Assembly: GCA_003550345.1 (NCBI GenBank)
Contig: PUJZ01000027.1
Coordinates: forward strand, 15,134 to 79,133
Direction of reading: 5' to 3'
From: Methanomassiliicoccaceae archaeon
Lineage (GTDB): Archaea > Thermoplasmatota > Thermoplasmata > Methanomassiliicoccales > Methanomethylophilaceae
Length of the DNA: 64,000 nucleotides
Below the pieces are notes generated by a model, which searched no databases, was not told the DNA's origin, and saw only the letters and a list, made by a program, of their open reading frames with translations. Every line of letters starts with the position of its first letter. The stretch's first letter is position 1. This document shows, piece after piece, positions 27,227 to 36,159 of this stretch. Position numbers and translations under genes: made by a program.

Positions 27227-27966
27227 CAGAGCACCTCGTTGATTTCCAGGGCGTCCTTGGGGCAGATGATTATGCACTGCTCGCAGAAGACGCACTTCGA
27301 TTCGTCTATCTTGGGATGCTTGATCGGCTTCCCCTTCTCGTTCTCGCCGACCACCACCATCTCGATCGCGTCCACCGGGCAGGTCTTGGCGCAGCGGTTG
27401 CAGCTTATGCATTTCTCGCCGATGAGCTTGGGCCGGTCCAGCTCATAGAAGGCCGAGGGCTGGTCGAGTATCCCCTTCTCCAGGTTGGAGATGAGGTGCT
27501 CCTCCATCTTGACCTCCATGCCCTTGGTGGTGTTCTCCCACTTCAGCCTATAGGGGTCGTAGATGAGCTCCTCGCGGGTGAAGGCCGCCAGCTCGTAATC
27601 GGGCGTGACCGTCATCGCATCCACCGGGCAGTACTCGGCGCAATAGCCGCACATCATGCACCTGCCCAGGTTCACCTGGGGCCGCTTGACGGCGCCCATC
27701 TTCTCATCCTCAATGTCCACCAGCTCGATGCAGGTGGTGGGGCATATGCGGGCGCATATGCCGCAGCCGATGCACTTCTCGAAAACGAGTCCGGGGCGCC
27801 CGCGGTAGTTGTCGGGGATCCACTCCTTCTCGTACGGGTAGAGTATGGTGACCGGCCGGCGGATCGTCGTCTTCACCAGGTTCTTGAACGTGGTGAAGAA
27901 CGGCTTCAGTATCCATCCGCGCAGGGCGACGTTCTTCGGGTACTTGTCAAGGTATTTCAGCGCCAT
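27226..27966 (-). CDS. nuoI: Nuo/Fpo-like complex subunit I with an additional C-terminal 2x[4Fe-4S] ferredoxin module
   Basis: Four CxxCxxCxxxCP motifs: CIGCGICARICP and CMMCGYCAEYCP (canonical NuoI), plus CISCNRCAKTCP and CVFCEQCIIICP in the extra roughly 100 residues. Trimmed to ATG 27966 (MALKYLDKY). Confidence 0.88.
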   Translation of the reverse strand: MALKYLDKYPKNVALRGWILKPFFTTFKNLVKTTIRRPVTILYPYEKEWIPDNYRGRPGLVFEKCIGCGICARICPTTCIELVDIEDEKMGAVKRPQVNLGRCMMCGYCAEYCPVDAMTVTPDYELAAFTREELIYDPYRLKWENTTKGMEVKMEEHLISNLEKGILDQPSAFYELDRPKLIGEKCISCNRCAKTCPVDAIEMVVVGENEKGKPIKHPKIDESKCVFCEQCIIICPKDALEINEVL

Positions 27967-29120
27967 CAGTAGACACCTCCTATCTTGAGCAGCACCACGA
28001 TGAACAGGTTTATCACCGCCAGCGGCAGCAGGACCTTCCATCCTATGTTGAGGATCTGGTCCGTCCTTATCCGGGCGAAGGTGCCCCGGGCCCAGACCAT
28101 GATGAAGAACAGCAGCACGACCTTGAGCAGGAACACTATCTCCGGGAGCACCAAAGTGTCCATGAACGGTATCGCCCACCCGCCCAGGAACATTATCGCC
28201 CCCAGGGCGCAGGCCACATAGCCGCGGAAGTAGTCGGAGAGCATGATGAGCCCCCACTTCATCCCGCCGTACTCGGTCTGCCATCCCTCCACCAGCTCGG
28301 CCTCGGCCTCAGGCAGGTCGAAGGGTATCCTCTCGGCCTCCGCAGTGGCGGCGACCATGAAGACCACGAAGCCGATTATCTGCGGCACGATGAACCAGGT
28401 GTTGTCCATCTGGAACTGCACTATCTCGTTGATGTTGAGGCTTCCCGCCATCAGGACGACGGAGGCGAAGACCAGCAGCATCGGTATCTCGTAGCTGATC
28501 ATCTGGGCCGCGGCCCTCATGCCGCCGATGAGCGAGTACTTGTTGTTCTGCGCCCAGCCGGCGACCAGGATCATGAACGGCGACACGGCGAATATGCCGA
28601 ATATCAGCAGCAGGCCGGTGCCGTAGTCCGCCAGGAACCAGCGGGGGCTCAGCGGTATCATCCCCGCGATGAGGACGGCGCTGCCGATGACGATGCTCAC
28701 CGCCCACATGTAGCCCTTCTTGTCCGCCTTCTCCGGCATTATGTGCTCCTTGAGGAATGTCTTCAGACCGTCGGCGAGGTTCTGCAGGTAGCCCAGCGGG
28801 CCTATCCTGGTGGCGCGGCGGTCCATTATCCTTCCGAGCGTCTTCCTCTCTATCCATATCATCGTCAGGTTGACGATGAATATCACTGCGAAGAAGACCA
28901 CCACCATGATGAACAGGCCCATCATGTTGGTGACGAAGTCGCCGATCAGGAACGGCGAGAGCCGGTTCCCGGGCGCGATTATGTTTATCAGCCAGGCGAT
29001 GACGCCGCCGATTATCTCCCACAGCCCGTGCCCGATGGCGTAGGGCAGGTTGTAGACCTCGTAGGGGGAGACCTTGTTGGCGGTGGAGTCGCTTATGCTT
29101 ACCCAATCAGAGACGCTCAT
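27966..29120 (-). CDS. nuoH: Nuo/Fpo-like complex subunit H
   Basis: 384 aa polytopic. ERKTLGRIMDRRATRIGPLGYLQNLADGLK and PFDLPEAEAELVEG are NuoH signatures. Confidence 0.9.
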   Translation of the reverse strand: MSVSDWVSISDSTANKVSPYEVYNLPYAIGHGLWEIIGGVIAWLINIIAPGNRLSPFLIGDFVTNMMGLFIMVVVFFAVIFIVNLTMIWIERKTLGRIMDRRATRIGPLGYLQNLADGLKTFLKEHIMPEKADKKGYMWAVSIVIGSAVLIAGMIPLSPRWFLADYGTGLLLIFGIFAVSPFMILVAGWAQNNKYSLIGGMRAAAQMISYEIPMLLVFASVVLMAGSLNINEIVQFQMDNTWFIVPQIIGFVVFMVAATAEAERIPFDLPEAEAELVEGWQTEYGGMKWGLIMLSDYFRGYVACALGAIMFLGGWAIPFMDTLVLPEIVFLLKVVLLFFIMVWARGTFARIRTDQILNIGWKVLLPLAVINLFIVVLLKIGGVY

Positions 29121-29124
29121 GCGA

Positions 29125-30210
29125 TCACCTGTCCGTCTCCCCTAGACACATGTCTATGGTGCCCATCACCGCGGGCACATCGGCCATCCTCGCTCCCAGC
29201 ACCAGCCTCTTGGAGGCGGACACGTTGACGAATATCGGGCTCCTCACCTTGAGGCGGTAGGGGCGGTCGGTGCCGTCCGATATCAGGTACATCAGCCCTT
29301 CGCCGCGGGGGTCCTCGAGGCGGGCGAAATGCTTGCCCGCGGGGACGTTGCGCGGCGCCTTGACCCTGACCGGCCCGTCGGGCATCCCCGCCATGGCCTG
29401 CCTGATTATCTCGCAGCTCTGGAACATCTCCTCGATGCGGACCGCGTAGCGCCCGTAGGCGTCCCCGTCCTGGGAGACCGGCACCTCGAAGTCGAACAGG
29501 TCGTAGACCTCGTAGGGGTCGTCGCGGCGGACGTCGAAGTCCACGCCGCAGCCCCTCATGGTCGGCCCGGTGAGGCCGAGGTTGGCCGCCTCCTTGCGGG
29601 TGACATGGCCGACGCCCTGCATCCTGGAGAGGAATATGGCGGAGTCGTCCATGAGCGCGATGATGTCCCACAGCTTCTTCTCGAAGCGCTCGACGGCGCG
29701 CATGCAGTCCCTCTCGAAGAGGTAGGGCATGTCGTTGCGCACGCCGCCGATGCGGGGGTAGTTGGTGGTGAGCCTCTGTCCGCAGAGCTTGACGAAGAGG
29801 TCGAGGAATATCTCCCTCTCACGGAGGGACCAGAGGAACACCGTCAGGTTGCCCAGGTCGGTGCCCATGGCCGCCAGCCACATCAGGTGGGACTGTATGC
29901 GGCATATCTCATCGGCGACGACCCTCAGGTACTGGGCCCTCTCGGGGACCTCCAGGTCCAGGCCCTCCTCGACCGCCATCACGTATAGATGGGACCAGGT
30001 CATGGACGCGGAGTAGCACAGGCGGTCCGCCATCGGAATGATCTGCGGATAGGTGCGGTGCTCGCACTCCTTCTCCCAGCCCCGGTGGAGGTAGCCTATT
30101 ATCGGCGTTGCGTCGGTTATGACCTCCCCGTCCACTCTGACCTTCAGGGTCCACAGCCCGTGCGAGAACGGGTGCTGCGGGCCCATGGTAACCCACATTT
30201 TCGAGGTCAT
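29125..30210 (-). CDS. nuoD: Nuo/Fpo-like complex subunit D
   Basis: MGPQHPFSHG, IGYLHRGWEK, C-terminal MADVPAVMGTIDMCLGETDR. ATG 30210 overlaps the nuoC stop by 1 nt. Confidence 0.9.
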   Translation of the reverse strand: MTSKMWVTMGPQHPFSHGLWTLKVRVDGEVITDATPIIGYLHRGWEKECEHRTYPQIIPMADRLCYSASMTWSHLYVMAVEEGLDLEVPERAQYLRVVADEICRIQSHLMWLAAMGTDLGNLTVFLWSLREREIFLDLFVKLCGQRLTTNYPRIGGVRNDMPYLFERDCMRAVERFEKKLWDIIALMDDSAIFLSRMQGVGHVTRKEAANLGLTGPTMRGCGVDFDVRRDDPYEVYDLFDFEVPVSQDGDAYGRYAVRIEEMFQSCEIIRQAMAGMPDGPVRVKAPRNVPAGKHFARLEDPRGEGLMYLISDGTDRPYRLKVRSPIFVNVSASKRLVLGARMADVPAVMGTIDMCLGETDR

Positions 30211-30686
30211 CAATCAGCCCTCCTTAGCTTGTACGATTTGCGGAAGGGGAAGAACTGGTAGTCGCAGGGCGTGAGCAGCCTCTCCAGATGGGGATGGTTG
30301 TTGAACACTATCCCGAAGAGCTCGTAGGTCTCCCTCTCATGCCAGTTGGCGCCCTCCCATATGGGCGTCACCGAGTCGACGCGGAGGTCATCCAGGGGGA
30401 TGTCCGTCTCGATCTCGATCATCACGCCGTTGAAGTAGTTGGAGAGGTGGTAGACCACCTGCATGTGCGTCTCCCAGTCCACCCCGCCCACCGAGGAGGC
30501 CTGCTCGAAGTTCAACACGTCGTGGATGTACTCGCACAGCTCGTAGATCCTCTCCCTCTTGGCGCTGAGGTAGACGCGGCGGGCCTTGCTGCCGCGCAAT
30601 TTCACGTCGTCGCCGAACTTGGCGCTCAGCAGCTCTATGACCTGCTCCACCGTGGGAGCCTCGTAAAAATCATCGTTGCCGGCCAT
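30210..30686 (-). CDS. nuoC: Nuo/Fpo-like complex subunit C
   Basis: SVTPIWEGANWHERETYELFGIVFNNHPHLERLL is the NuoC signature. Confidence 0.9.
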   Translation of the reverse strand: MAGNDDFYEAPTVEQVIELLSAKFGDDVKLRGSKARRVYLSAKRERIYELCEYIHDVLNFEQASSVGGVDWETHMQVVYHLSNYFNGVMIEIETDIPLDDLRVDSVTPIWEGANWHERETYELFGIVFNNHPHLERLLTPCDYQFFPFRKSYKLRRAD

Positions 30687-30690
30687 GCTA

Positions 30691-31254
30691 TCATCCCTCC
30701 AGGAACACGCCCCGCGCGAAGTACTTCTCTATCTTCTTCTGCAGGAGAAGGAAACCGTCTATCATCGCGTCAGGCTTGACCGGGCACCCCGGTATGTAGA
30801 TGTCCACTGGAACAATCTGGTCGGTGCCCTGGATCACGTTGTATGAATCGTACCAGGGACCGCCGGAGATGGCGCACTCCCCCATGGCCACCACCCACTT
30901 GGGCGAGGGCATCTGCTCGTAGAGGCGCCTGATGTCCGGGCGGACCTTCTTGGATATCCAGCCGTTTATTATCAGCACATCGGTCTGACGGGGCGAGGAT
31001 CGGTAGATCATGCCCAGCCTCTCCGCGTCGTACTTGGTGTTGGACGCGGCCGCCATCTCCAGGGCGCAGCATGCGAGCCCGAAGTGCAGGGGGTGGATGG
31101 AGTTCTTCATCGCCCATGCCCATATCGGGCCTGTCAGCCTGTCCACCTGCCTCTTCATGCCGCTGCTCAGCAGCCCGTCGATCATGGCCGTCGACCAGGA
31201 CATGTATTCAGAGGCGCTCATAGCGATCGCGTGCGGGTACAGGCTCATATCCAT
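30691..31254 (-). CDS. nuoB: Nuo/Fpo-like complex subunit B
   Basis: FGLACCALEM, MGECAISGG and IPGCP are the N2-cluster ligand motifs. Confidence 0.9.
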   Translation of the reverse strand: MDMSLYPHAIAMSASEYMSWSTAMIDGLLSSGMKRQVDRLTGPIWAWAMKNSIHPLHFGLACCALEMAAASNTKYDAERLGMIYRSSPRQTDVLIINGWISKKVRPDIRRLYEQMPSPKWVVAMGECAISGGPWYDSYNVIQGTDQIVPVDIYIPGCPVKPDAMIDGFLLLQKKIEKYFARGVFLEG

Positions 31255-31607
31255 ACTGACTCCTCCTTCTTCAAAGCGTAAGTCACTCCCAAAAGAAGAA
31301 TTCCGAGGAAGGCCACCGCCCAGATCTTACCCATGGCGGTGAGGTCGGCGAAGGCAACGGCCCAAAGCATCAAAAAGACGATAACAAGGTCGAAGACCAC
31401 GAAGATAATGCCGAACATATAGTACTGGAATTTGAACTGGACCTGCGCCTCGCCGATTGGCACCGAGCCGCACTCATAGGTCGTGTTCCTCCACTCAGAA
31501 GGCTTCTCGGGACGGAAGAACCTGGAGGCCCACCAGGCCAAGGGGGCGAACCCCAGGGCCAATACAGCGAACAACGCTACTGGTAAGTATTCCTCCACGA
31601 GCATCAT
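31245..31607 (-). CDS. nuoA: Nuo/Fpo-like complex subunit A
   Basis: TYECG motif and three TM segments. Trimmed to ATG 31607 (MMLVEEY). Confidence 0.85.
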   Translation of the reverse strand: MMLVEEYLPVALFAVLALGFAPLAWWASRFFRPEKPSEWRNTTYECGSVPIGEAQVQFKFQYYMFGIIFVVFDLVIVFLMLWAVAFADLTAMGKIWAVAFLGILLLGVTYALKKEESVWI

Positions 31608-31630
31608 TGCGACACGGTAAAGAATATAAT

Positions 31631-31638
31631 TATTTAAA
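31631..31638 (-). promoter_or_regulatory. TATA box (TTTAAATA) for the nuo operon
   Basis: The minus strand reads TTTAAATA, 24-31 nt upstream of the nuoA ATG. That geometry predicts a leaderless or near-leaderless transcript. Confidence 0.5.
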
Positions 31639-31744
31639 GATTCTAGGGATTTTAATTTTATCTGACTGGCATATAGAAACCCCGCTGCAGGGCCTCCCGC
31701 AGTCATTAATAAGCAGCTCTCAGATACGCTGATAGGGATCGCGA

Positions 31745-32554
31745 ATGCAAGGCAAGATCGGATTCATAGGCGCCGGCAACATGGCCGAGGCCCTCATGAG
31801 GGGCCTCTTGGACCAGGAGGTGTGCTGCAAGGAGGACGTCATCGCCGGCGAGGTCTTCGAGCCCCGCCGCGAGTACATCGCCAAGACCCTGGGCGTGTCC
31901 ACGACCGCCAGCAACCAAGAGGTGGTGAGCTCCGCCCAGGTGGTCTTCCTGGCGGTCAAGCCGCAGCACCTGCGCCAGGTGCTGGGCGAGCTGGAGGGGT
32001 CCTTCAGCGAGGACCATCTGGTGGTGTCCATCGTCGCAGGCGTGACCCTCGCTTCGCTGGAGGGCATGGTCCCCGAGGCCCGGGTGGTGAGGGTCATGCC
32101 CAACCAGCCCTGCATGGTGATGGCCAGCGCCTCCGCGTATTCGCTGGGCAGCAAGGCCACATCTGAGGACGGCGAGACGGTCAGGTCCTTCCTCGAATCG
32201 GTGGGCGTCGCCTACCAGGTGGAGGAGCGCCTCATGGACGCGGTCACCGGCCTCAGCGGCAGCGGCCCCGCCTACGCTTACCTTATGATGGAGGCCCTCT
32301 CCGACGGAGGGGTGCTCATGGGCCTGCCGCGGGACGTGTCCACCATGCTGGCGGCGCAGACCCTGCTGGGGGCGGCCAAGACCGTCCTGGAGACGGGGGT
32401 GCACCCCGGCCAGATGAAGGACGTGGTGAGCTCCCCCGGGGGCACCACCATCGCCGCCCTGCAGGTCCTGGAGGATGCGGGCGTCAGGGGCGCCCTCATG
32501 GGCGCGGTGCAGGCCTCGGCGGAGAGGTCCAAGGAGCTGGGGCGGGACCCCTAG
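31745..32554 (+). CDS. proC: pyrroline-5-carboxylate reductase
   Basis: [40 protein letters not shown]. Confidence 0.92.
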   Translation: MQGKIGFIGAGNMAEALMRGLLDQEVCCKEDVIAGEVFEPRREYIAKTLGVSTTASNQEVVSSAQVVFLAVKPQHLRQVLGELEGSFSEDHLVVSIVAGVTLASLEGMVPEARVVRVMPNQPCMVMASASAYSLGSKATSEDGETVRSFLESVGVAYQVEERLMDAVTGLSGSGPAYAYLMMEALSDGGVLMGLPRDVSTMLAAQTLLGAAKTVLETGVHPGQMKDVVSSPGGTTIAALQVLEDAGVRGALMGAVQASAERSKELGRDP

Positions 32555-34299
32555 GCCCGACGGGCGAGCGCCGAGCGCAATGACGACTTGACCAGGCCGG
32601 AGGCCACGCGGGGGGCGTTGCGCCATATCGACCCGCTGTCCCAGTCCAGGTCCCTCTTGTCGCATATGGTGGAGGCCATTATGCGCTGGCCCTCGTCCTT
32701 GACCTCCCAGAGCAGGGACTCCCTCCGCTCGGGGTCGGGGATGGCCATGATCTCATCGATGCGGTGCATGAGGCCGCGGGCGGTCTCGGTGCGCAGGTCG
32801 CGGGACTCCTTCTCCTCCGCCGTTATCTGCCCGCAGTCGAGCATCGCCCGGTTCAGGCCGAGGGCCACATCGTACGATGTGTCGGCGATCTCGTCCCGGC
32901 TCATCCATTCCGTCTCGTAGGAGAGCACGTACTTCCACGAGGGGCTGTCCAGGAGCCGGCGGTGCTCCTCCAGGGTGCGGGCGAAGAACCGGTAGCCATG
33001 CTTCTCCGGCTCCTCGAAGCCCTTGCTGCCAGGGTCCACGAACGGCGCGAACGGCGCCGAGTAGACGAAGAGGCGCCGGTCGTTGTCGAGACGGGTCCAC
33101 AGGCTGCGCGAGTAGTCGGCGGTGGCGAGGGCGGACTCGCGGGTCTGCTCCGGCAGGCCCACCATGAAGAAGAGGTCGAAGCGCTGGCATCCGTTCTCCA
33201 GCGCCTTCCTGATGGTGCCCTCCATCACCGAGTCGTCGAAATCCCCCAGAGGGCTGAGCTTGCTGCGCACCGACTGGTCGTGGGACTCGGGGGAGAACTC
33301 CAGGGTGTACTCGCCCAGGGCCGAGGCCGCCATGCGGTAGAACTCGCGGTCGGCGGGGCGGAACATCTCCATGGCGATGTGGTTGTCCACGCCGCGCTCC
33401 TTGATGCCGTTGAAGAGCCTCTCCGCGTAGTCCTTCCCCCCCTGCCGGACGTCCCCGATGATGAAGACCGGCGAGTCCAGGTAGTCCCCGATGCGCTCTA
33501 TGTCCTCGGCCAGCCTCTCCGGGCTGCGGAAGGCGGGGCGGCGGCGGCAGAGGAAGCCCCTGCCGGCGTAGGCGGAGCCGCCGCACTCGGTGCAGCTGTG
33601 GCAGCAGCCGCGCACGGTGAAGACCGAGGTGAGCGGGAGCTTGTCCCAGCCCAGCCAAGGGAGCGCCCCCTTGATGTCGCGGTGCCTCATGGTGTTCTTG
33701 ATCATGGTGCCGTAGTCGAACTCCACATAGTCCAATGACTCGGGCACGAAGCTCAGCGGGTTGACCCTCACCTTGCCGTCGGAGTCCTTCCAGCACAGGT
33801 TCTGCACCTTGGAGAAGTCCCCGTCCCCGGTGACGGCGTCCATGAACTCCACCTGCGGCAGCTCGGTGGAGTCCCCCCGCATGACGAAGTCCACCTCGTC
33901 CCGCTGCATCAGCTCCTGATGGTAGTAGGTGGCGGAGAAGCCCCCCAGCTGCACCTTGGCGTGGGGATGTATCGACTTCACCAGCTTGGCCACCTCCAGG
34001 GCGCCGTGGGCGTGCGGCAGCCAATGGAGGTCGATGGCGAAGACGTCCGCGTCAAGGGAGCGGATCCTCCGCTCCACGTCGAAGCGCTCGTCGGCGAGCA
34101 TCTGCACCGCCAGGTTGACGATGCGGGTGCGGTAGCCGGCCTTCTCCAGATGGCTGGAGATGGTCATGAAGCCGATGGGGTACATCTCGAAGACCGGCGA
34201 CGACGGCACAACGTCGCTCACCGGGCCGTAGAATATCGGCTTCTTGCGGAAGTCGTAAACGCTCGGTGCGTGCAGGAATACAATATCAGACCTGGGCAC
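32551..34299 (-). CDS. B12-binding domain / radical SAM protein (candidate archaeal lipid-modifying enzyme)
   Basis: N-terminal Rossmann-like B12 domain ([13 protein letters not shown]...DVFAIDLHW), radical SAM motif CCHSCTEC (CxxxCxxC), 582 aa. GTG start. Confidence 0.75.
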   Translation of the reverse strand: MPRSDIVFLHAPSVYDFRKKPIFYGPVSDVVPSSPVFEMYPIGFMTISSHLEKAGYRTRIVNLAVQMLADERFDVERRIRSLDADVFAIDLHWLPHAHGALEVAKLVKSIHPHAKVQLGGFSATYYHQELMQRDEVDFVMRGDSTELPQVEFMDAVTGDGDFSKVQNLCWKDSDGKVRVNPLSFVPESLDYVEFDYGTMIKNTMRHRDIKGALPWLGWDKLPLTSVFTVRGCCHSCTECGGSAYAGRGFLCRRRPAFRSPERLAEDIERIGDYLDSPVFIIGDVRQGGKDYAERLFNGIKERGVDNHIAMEMFRPADREFYRMAASALGEYTLEFSPESHDQSVRSKLSPLGDFDDSVMEGTIRKALENGCQRFDLFFMVGLPEQTRESALATADYSRSLWTRLDNDRRLFVYSAPFAPFVDPGSKGFEEPEKHGYRFFARTLEEHRRLLDSPSWKYVLSYETEWMSRDEIADTSYDVALGLNRAMLDCGQITAEEKESRDLRTETARGLMHRIDEIMAIPDPERRESLLWEVKDEGQRIMASTICDKRDLDWDSGSIWRNAPRVASGLVKSSLRSALARRA

Positions 34300-34351
34300 T
34301 GGGGTTCCCTCGCGCCGCTCTAAGCCGAGAGGGTACTTAAAGGTTCTTCGC

Positions 34352-35140
34352 TCACTTCCCGTAGCGCCTCTTGCGCTGCTGGTAGGCGCGCACGGCGCGC
34401 ATGAAATCGATGCGCCTGAAACCCGGCCAGTACACGTCGGTGAAATAGAGCTCGGAGTACGCCATCTGCCAGAGCAGGAAGTTGGAGATCCTCACCTCGC
34501 CGCTGGTGCGGAGCACCAGGTCGGGGTCGGGCACGTGGGCGGTGTACATGTGCTGGGAGATCATGTCCTCGTCGATCTCCTCCGCCTTTATGCATCCCTC
34601 CTCCACCTTGGCGGCGATGCGGCGGAAGGCGTGCACCAGCTCCTCCCTGCCCCCGTAGGCGATGGCCACGTTGTAGAAGTAAGCGTCGTAGTCGGCGGTG
34701 GCCGCCTCCAGCTCCTCGATGGCGTCCTGGATGTTCTGGGGCAGCAGCTCGCGGTTGCCGAGGATCTTGATCCTTATGCGGTTCTGATGGATCCGCTCCT
34801 CCTCCATCAGGGAGCGGAGGCTCTCCTCGAAGAGCTCCATCAGCAGCTCCACCTCCTCGCTGTTGCGGTTGAAGTTCTCGGTCGAGAACGCGTACACGGT
34901 CAGAATCCTGATGCCCAGCTCATGGCACCATTCCATGACCTCCTCCAGCTTCTCCCTGCCGCGGAGGTGGCCGTCGCCGCCGCCCATCCCCATCTCCTTG
35001 GCGAAGCGGCGGTTGCCGTCCATTATTATCGCCACATGCTCCGGGGGCGGATGGCTGAGGACCTCCTTCTCCAGCTTGGCCTCGTAGGTGCTGTAGGCGG
35101 TGTTCGAGATTATCTTGGATATGCCTTTCTGCACTGTCAT
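34352..35140 (-). CDS. uppS: cis-prenyltransferase (undecaprenyl diphosphate synthase family)
   Basis: HVAIIMDGNRRFA, YAFSTENFNR, DLVLRTSGEVRISNFLLWQMAYSELYF. Confidence 0.92.
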   Translation of the reverse strand: MTVQKGISKIISNTAYSTYEAKLEKEVLSHPPPEHVAIIMDGNRRFAKEMGMGGGDGHLRGREKLEEVMEWCHELGIRILTVYAFSTENFNRNSEEVELLMELFEESLRSLMEEERIHQNRIRIKILGNRELLPQNIQDAIEELEAATADYDAYFYNVAIAYGGREELVHAFRRIAAKVEEGCIKAEEIDEDMISQHMYTAHVPDPDLVLRTSGEVRISNFLLWQMAYSELYFTDVYWPGFRRIDFMRAVRAYQQRKRRYGK

Positions 35141-35147
35141 GTCCGCA

Positions 35148-36098
35148 TCACTTGAAGTCCTGGGGCAGGCCGGCGGAGCGCAGGCCCATGTCGAAGCAGC
35201 CGATGGCGGCCACGGCGCCGATGGTCCCCTTGGGGCCGGTCACCTCGCGCACCTCCACCGAGTTGGCGGCAGCGGCGGCGAGGGCGTCATCGATGGTGAA
35301 TATCTCGCTCTTGCAGCGCCAGCCGAAATCGGCCAGCGCCGGGGGCACCTTCAGCCCCGTGAATGATGTCATCACGGTGTCCTCGGAGTAGGTGTTCTCC
35401 TGCAGGTAGTCCTGGGCGAAGCGCAGCAGCTCCTCCAACTTCCTCTCCTCCACCGCGAAGGAGACCGCGGTGGAGCAGCAGTTGGTGGTCTTGTTCGGCA
35501 CCAGCGGGTTCAATTGGATTATCTTGTGCTCCAGGAAGCGTCCCACCGGGCATTCCTGGGCGAGGTTCATCATCAGCGCCCATGAGGCGCCCTTGTCCTT
35601 GGTGTCGGTGTCATCGGCGCCGATGATCGCCCTCAGCATCTTGGGGCTGCGCACCTGGAGCTCGGCGCGGTGGGCCCCGCCGATGCGGAATCCCTCCGGA
35701 TAGATGGCCTCGATGACCTCCGGGGCCTGCGGGATGCAGGCCCCCACGCCCACCGAGGCGCCGGCCAGGCCCACCCAGGTGGTGAGCACGGTGTCGCCGT
35801 CCAGCACCAGGGACTTGAGCCCCTGGCCTCCCAGATCCTCGCTGACGGGGCCGAAGGAGAGCTCCCCCTCGCCGATGAGGGTGTCCATGACCAGGCTGTG
35901 GCCGTCGACGCGGACGTCCTTGACCACCCCGCCGGCCCGTTTGCGGTTGACCGCGTCCCATTCCGGGGGCCCGCGGGCTATGCATTGCTCGATGACCTGG
36001 GCGATGCCGTTGCTCTCGTCCACGATGGTGAAGAATCCCTTGCAGAACAGCTTGCCGTATCTGTCCCGGACCTGGTCTGGCCTGAGTATCTCTGTCAT
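35148..36098 (-). CDS. hypothetical protein with a C-terminal TiaS-kinase-like (DUF1743-like) domain
   Basis: IIGADDTDTKDKG...IIQLNPLVPNKTTN...AVSF...GPKGTIGAVAAIG parallels the TiaS N-terminal pattern GIDDTDS...LIRLNPNIPYKTRGNGA...KGRGLIGALAAVG (from memory). The first roughly 150 aa are unassigned. Confidence 0.5.
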   Translation of the reverse strand: MTEILRPDQVRDRYGKLFCKGFFTIVDESNGIAQVIEQCIARGPPEWDAVNRKRAGGVVKDVRVDGHSLVMDTLIGEGELSFGPVSEDLGGQGLKSLVLDGDTVLTTWVGLAGASVGVGACIPQAPEVIEAIYPEGFRIGGAHRAELQVRSPKMLRAIIGADDTDTKDKGASWALMMNLAQECPVGRFLEHKIIQLNPLVPNKTTNCCSTAVSFAVEERKLEELLRFAQDYLQENTYSEDTVMTSFTGLKVPPALADFGWRCKSEIFTIDDALAAAAANSVEVREVTGPKGTIGAVAAIGCFDMGLRSAGLPQDFK

Positions 36099-36159
36099 TG
36101 GAGCACACCGGTTCCGTCCCTGGTTAATGCCCTCAACGTTTTTAATCCTTTTAGGGGAC

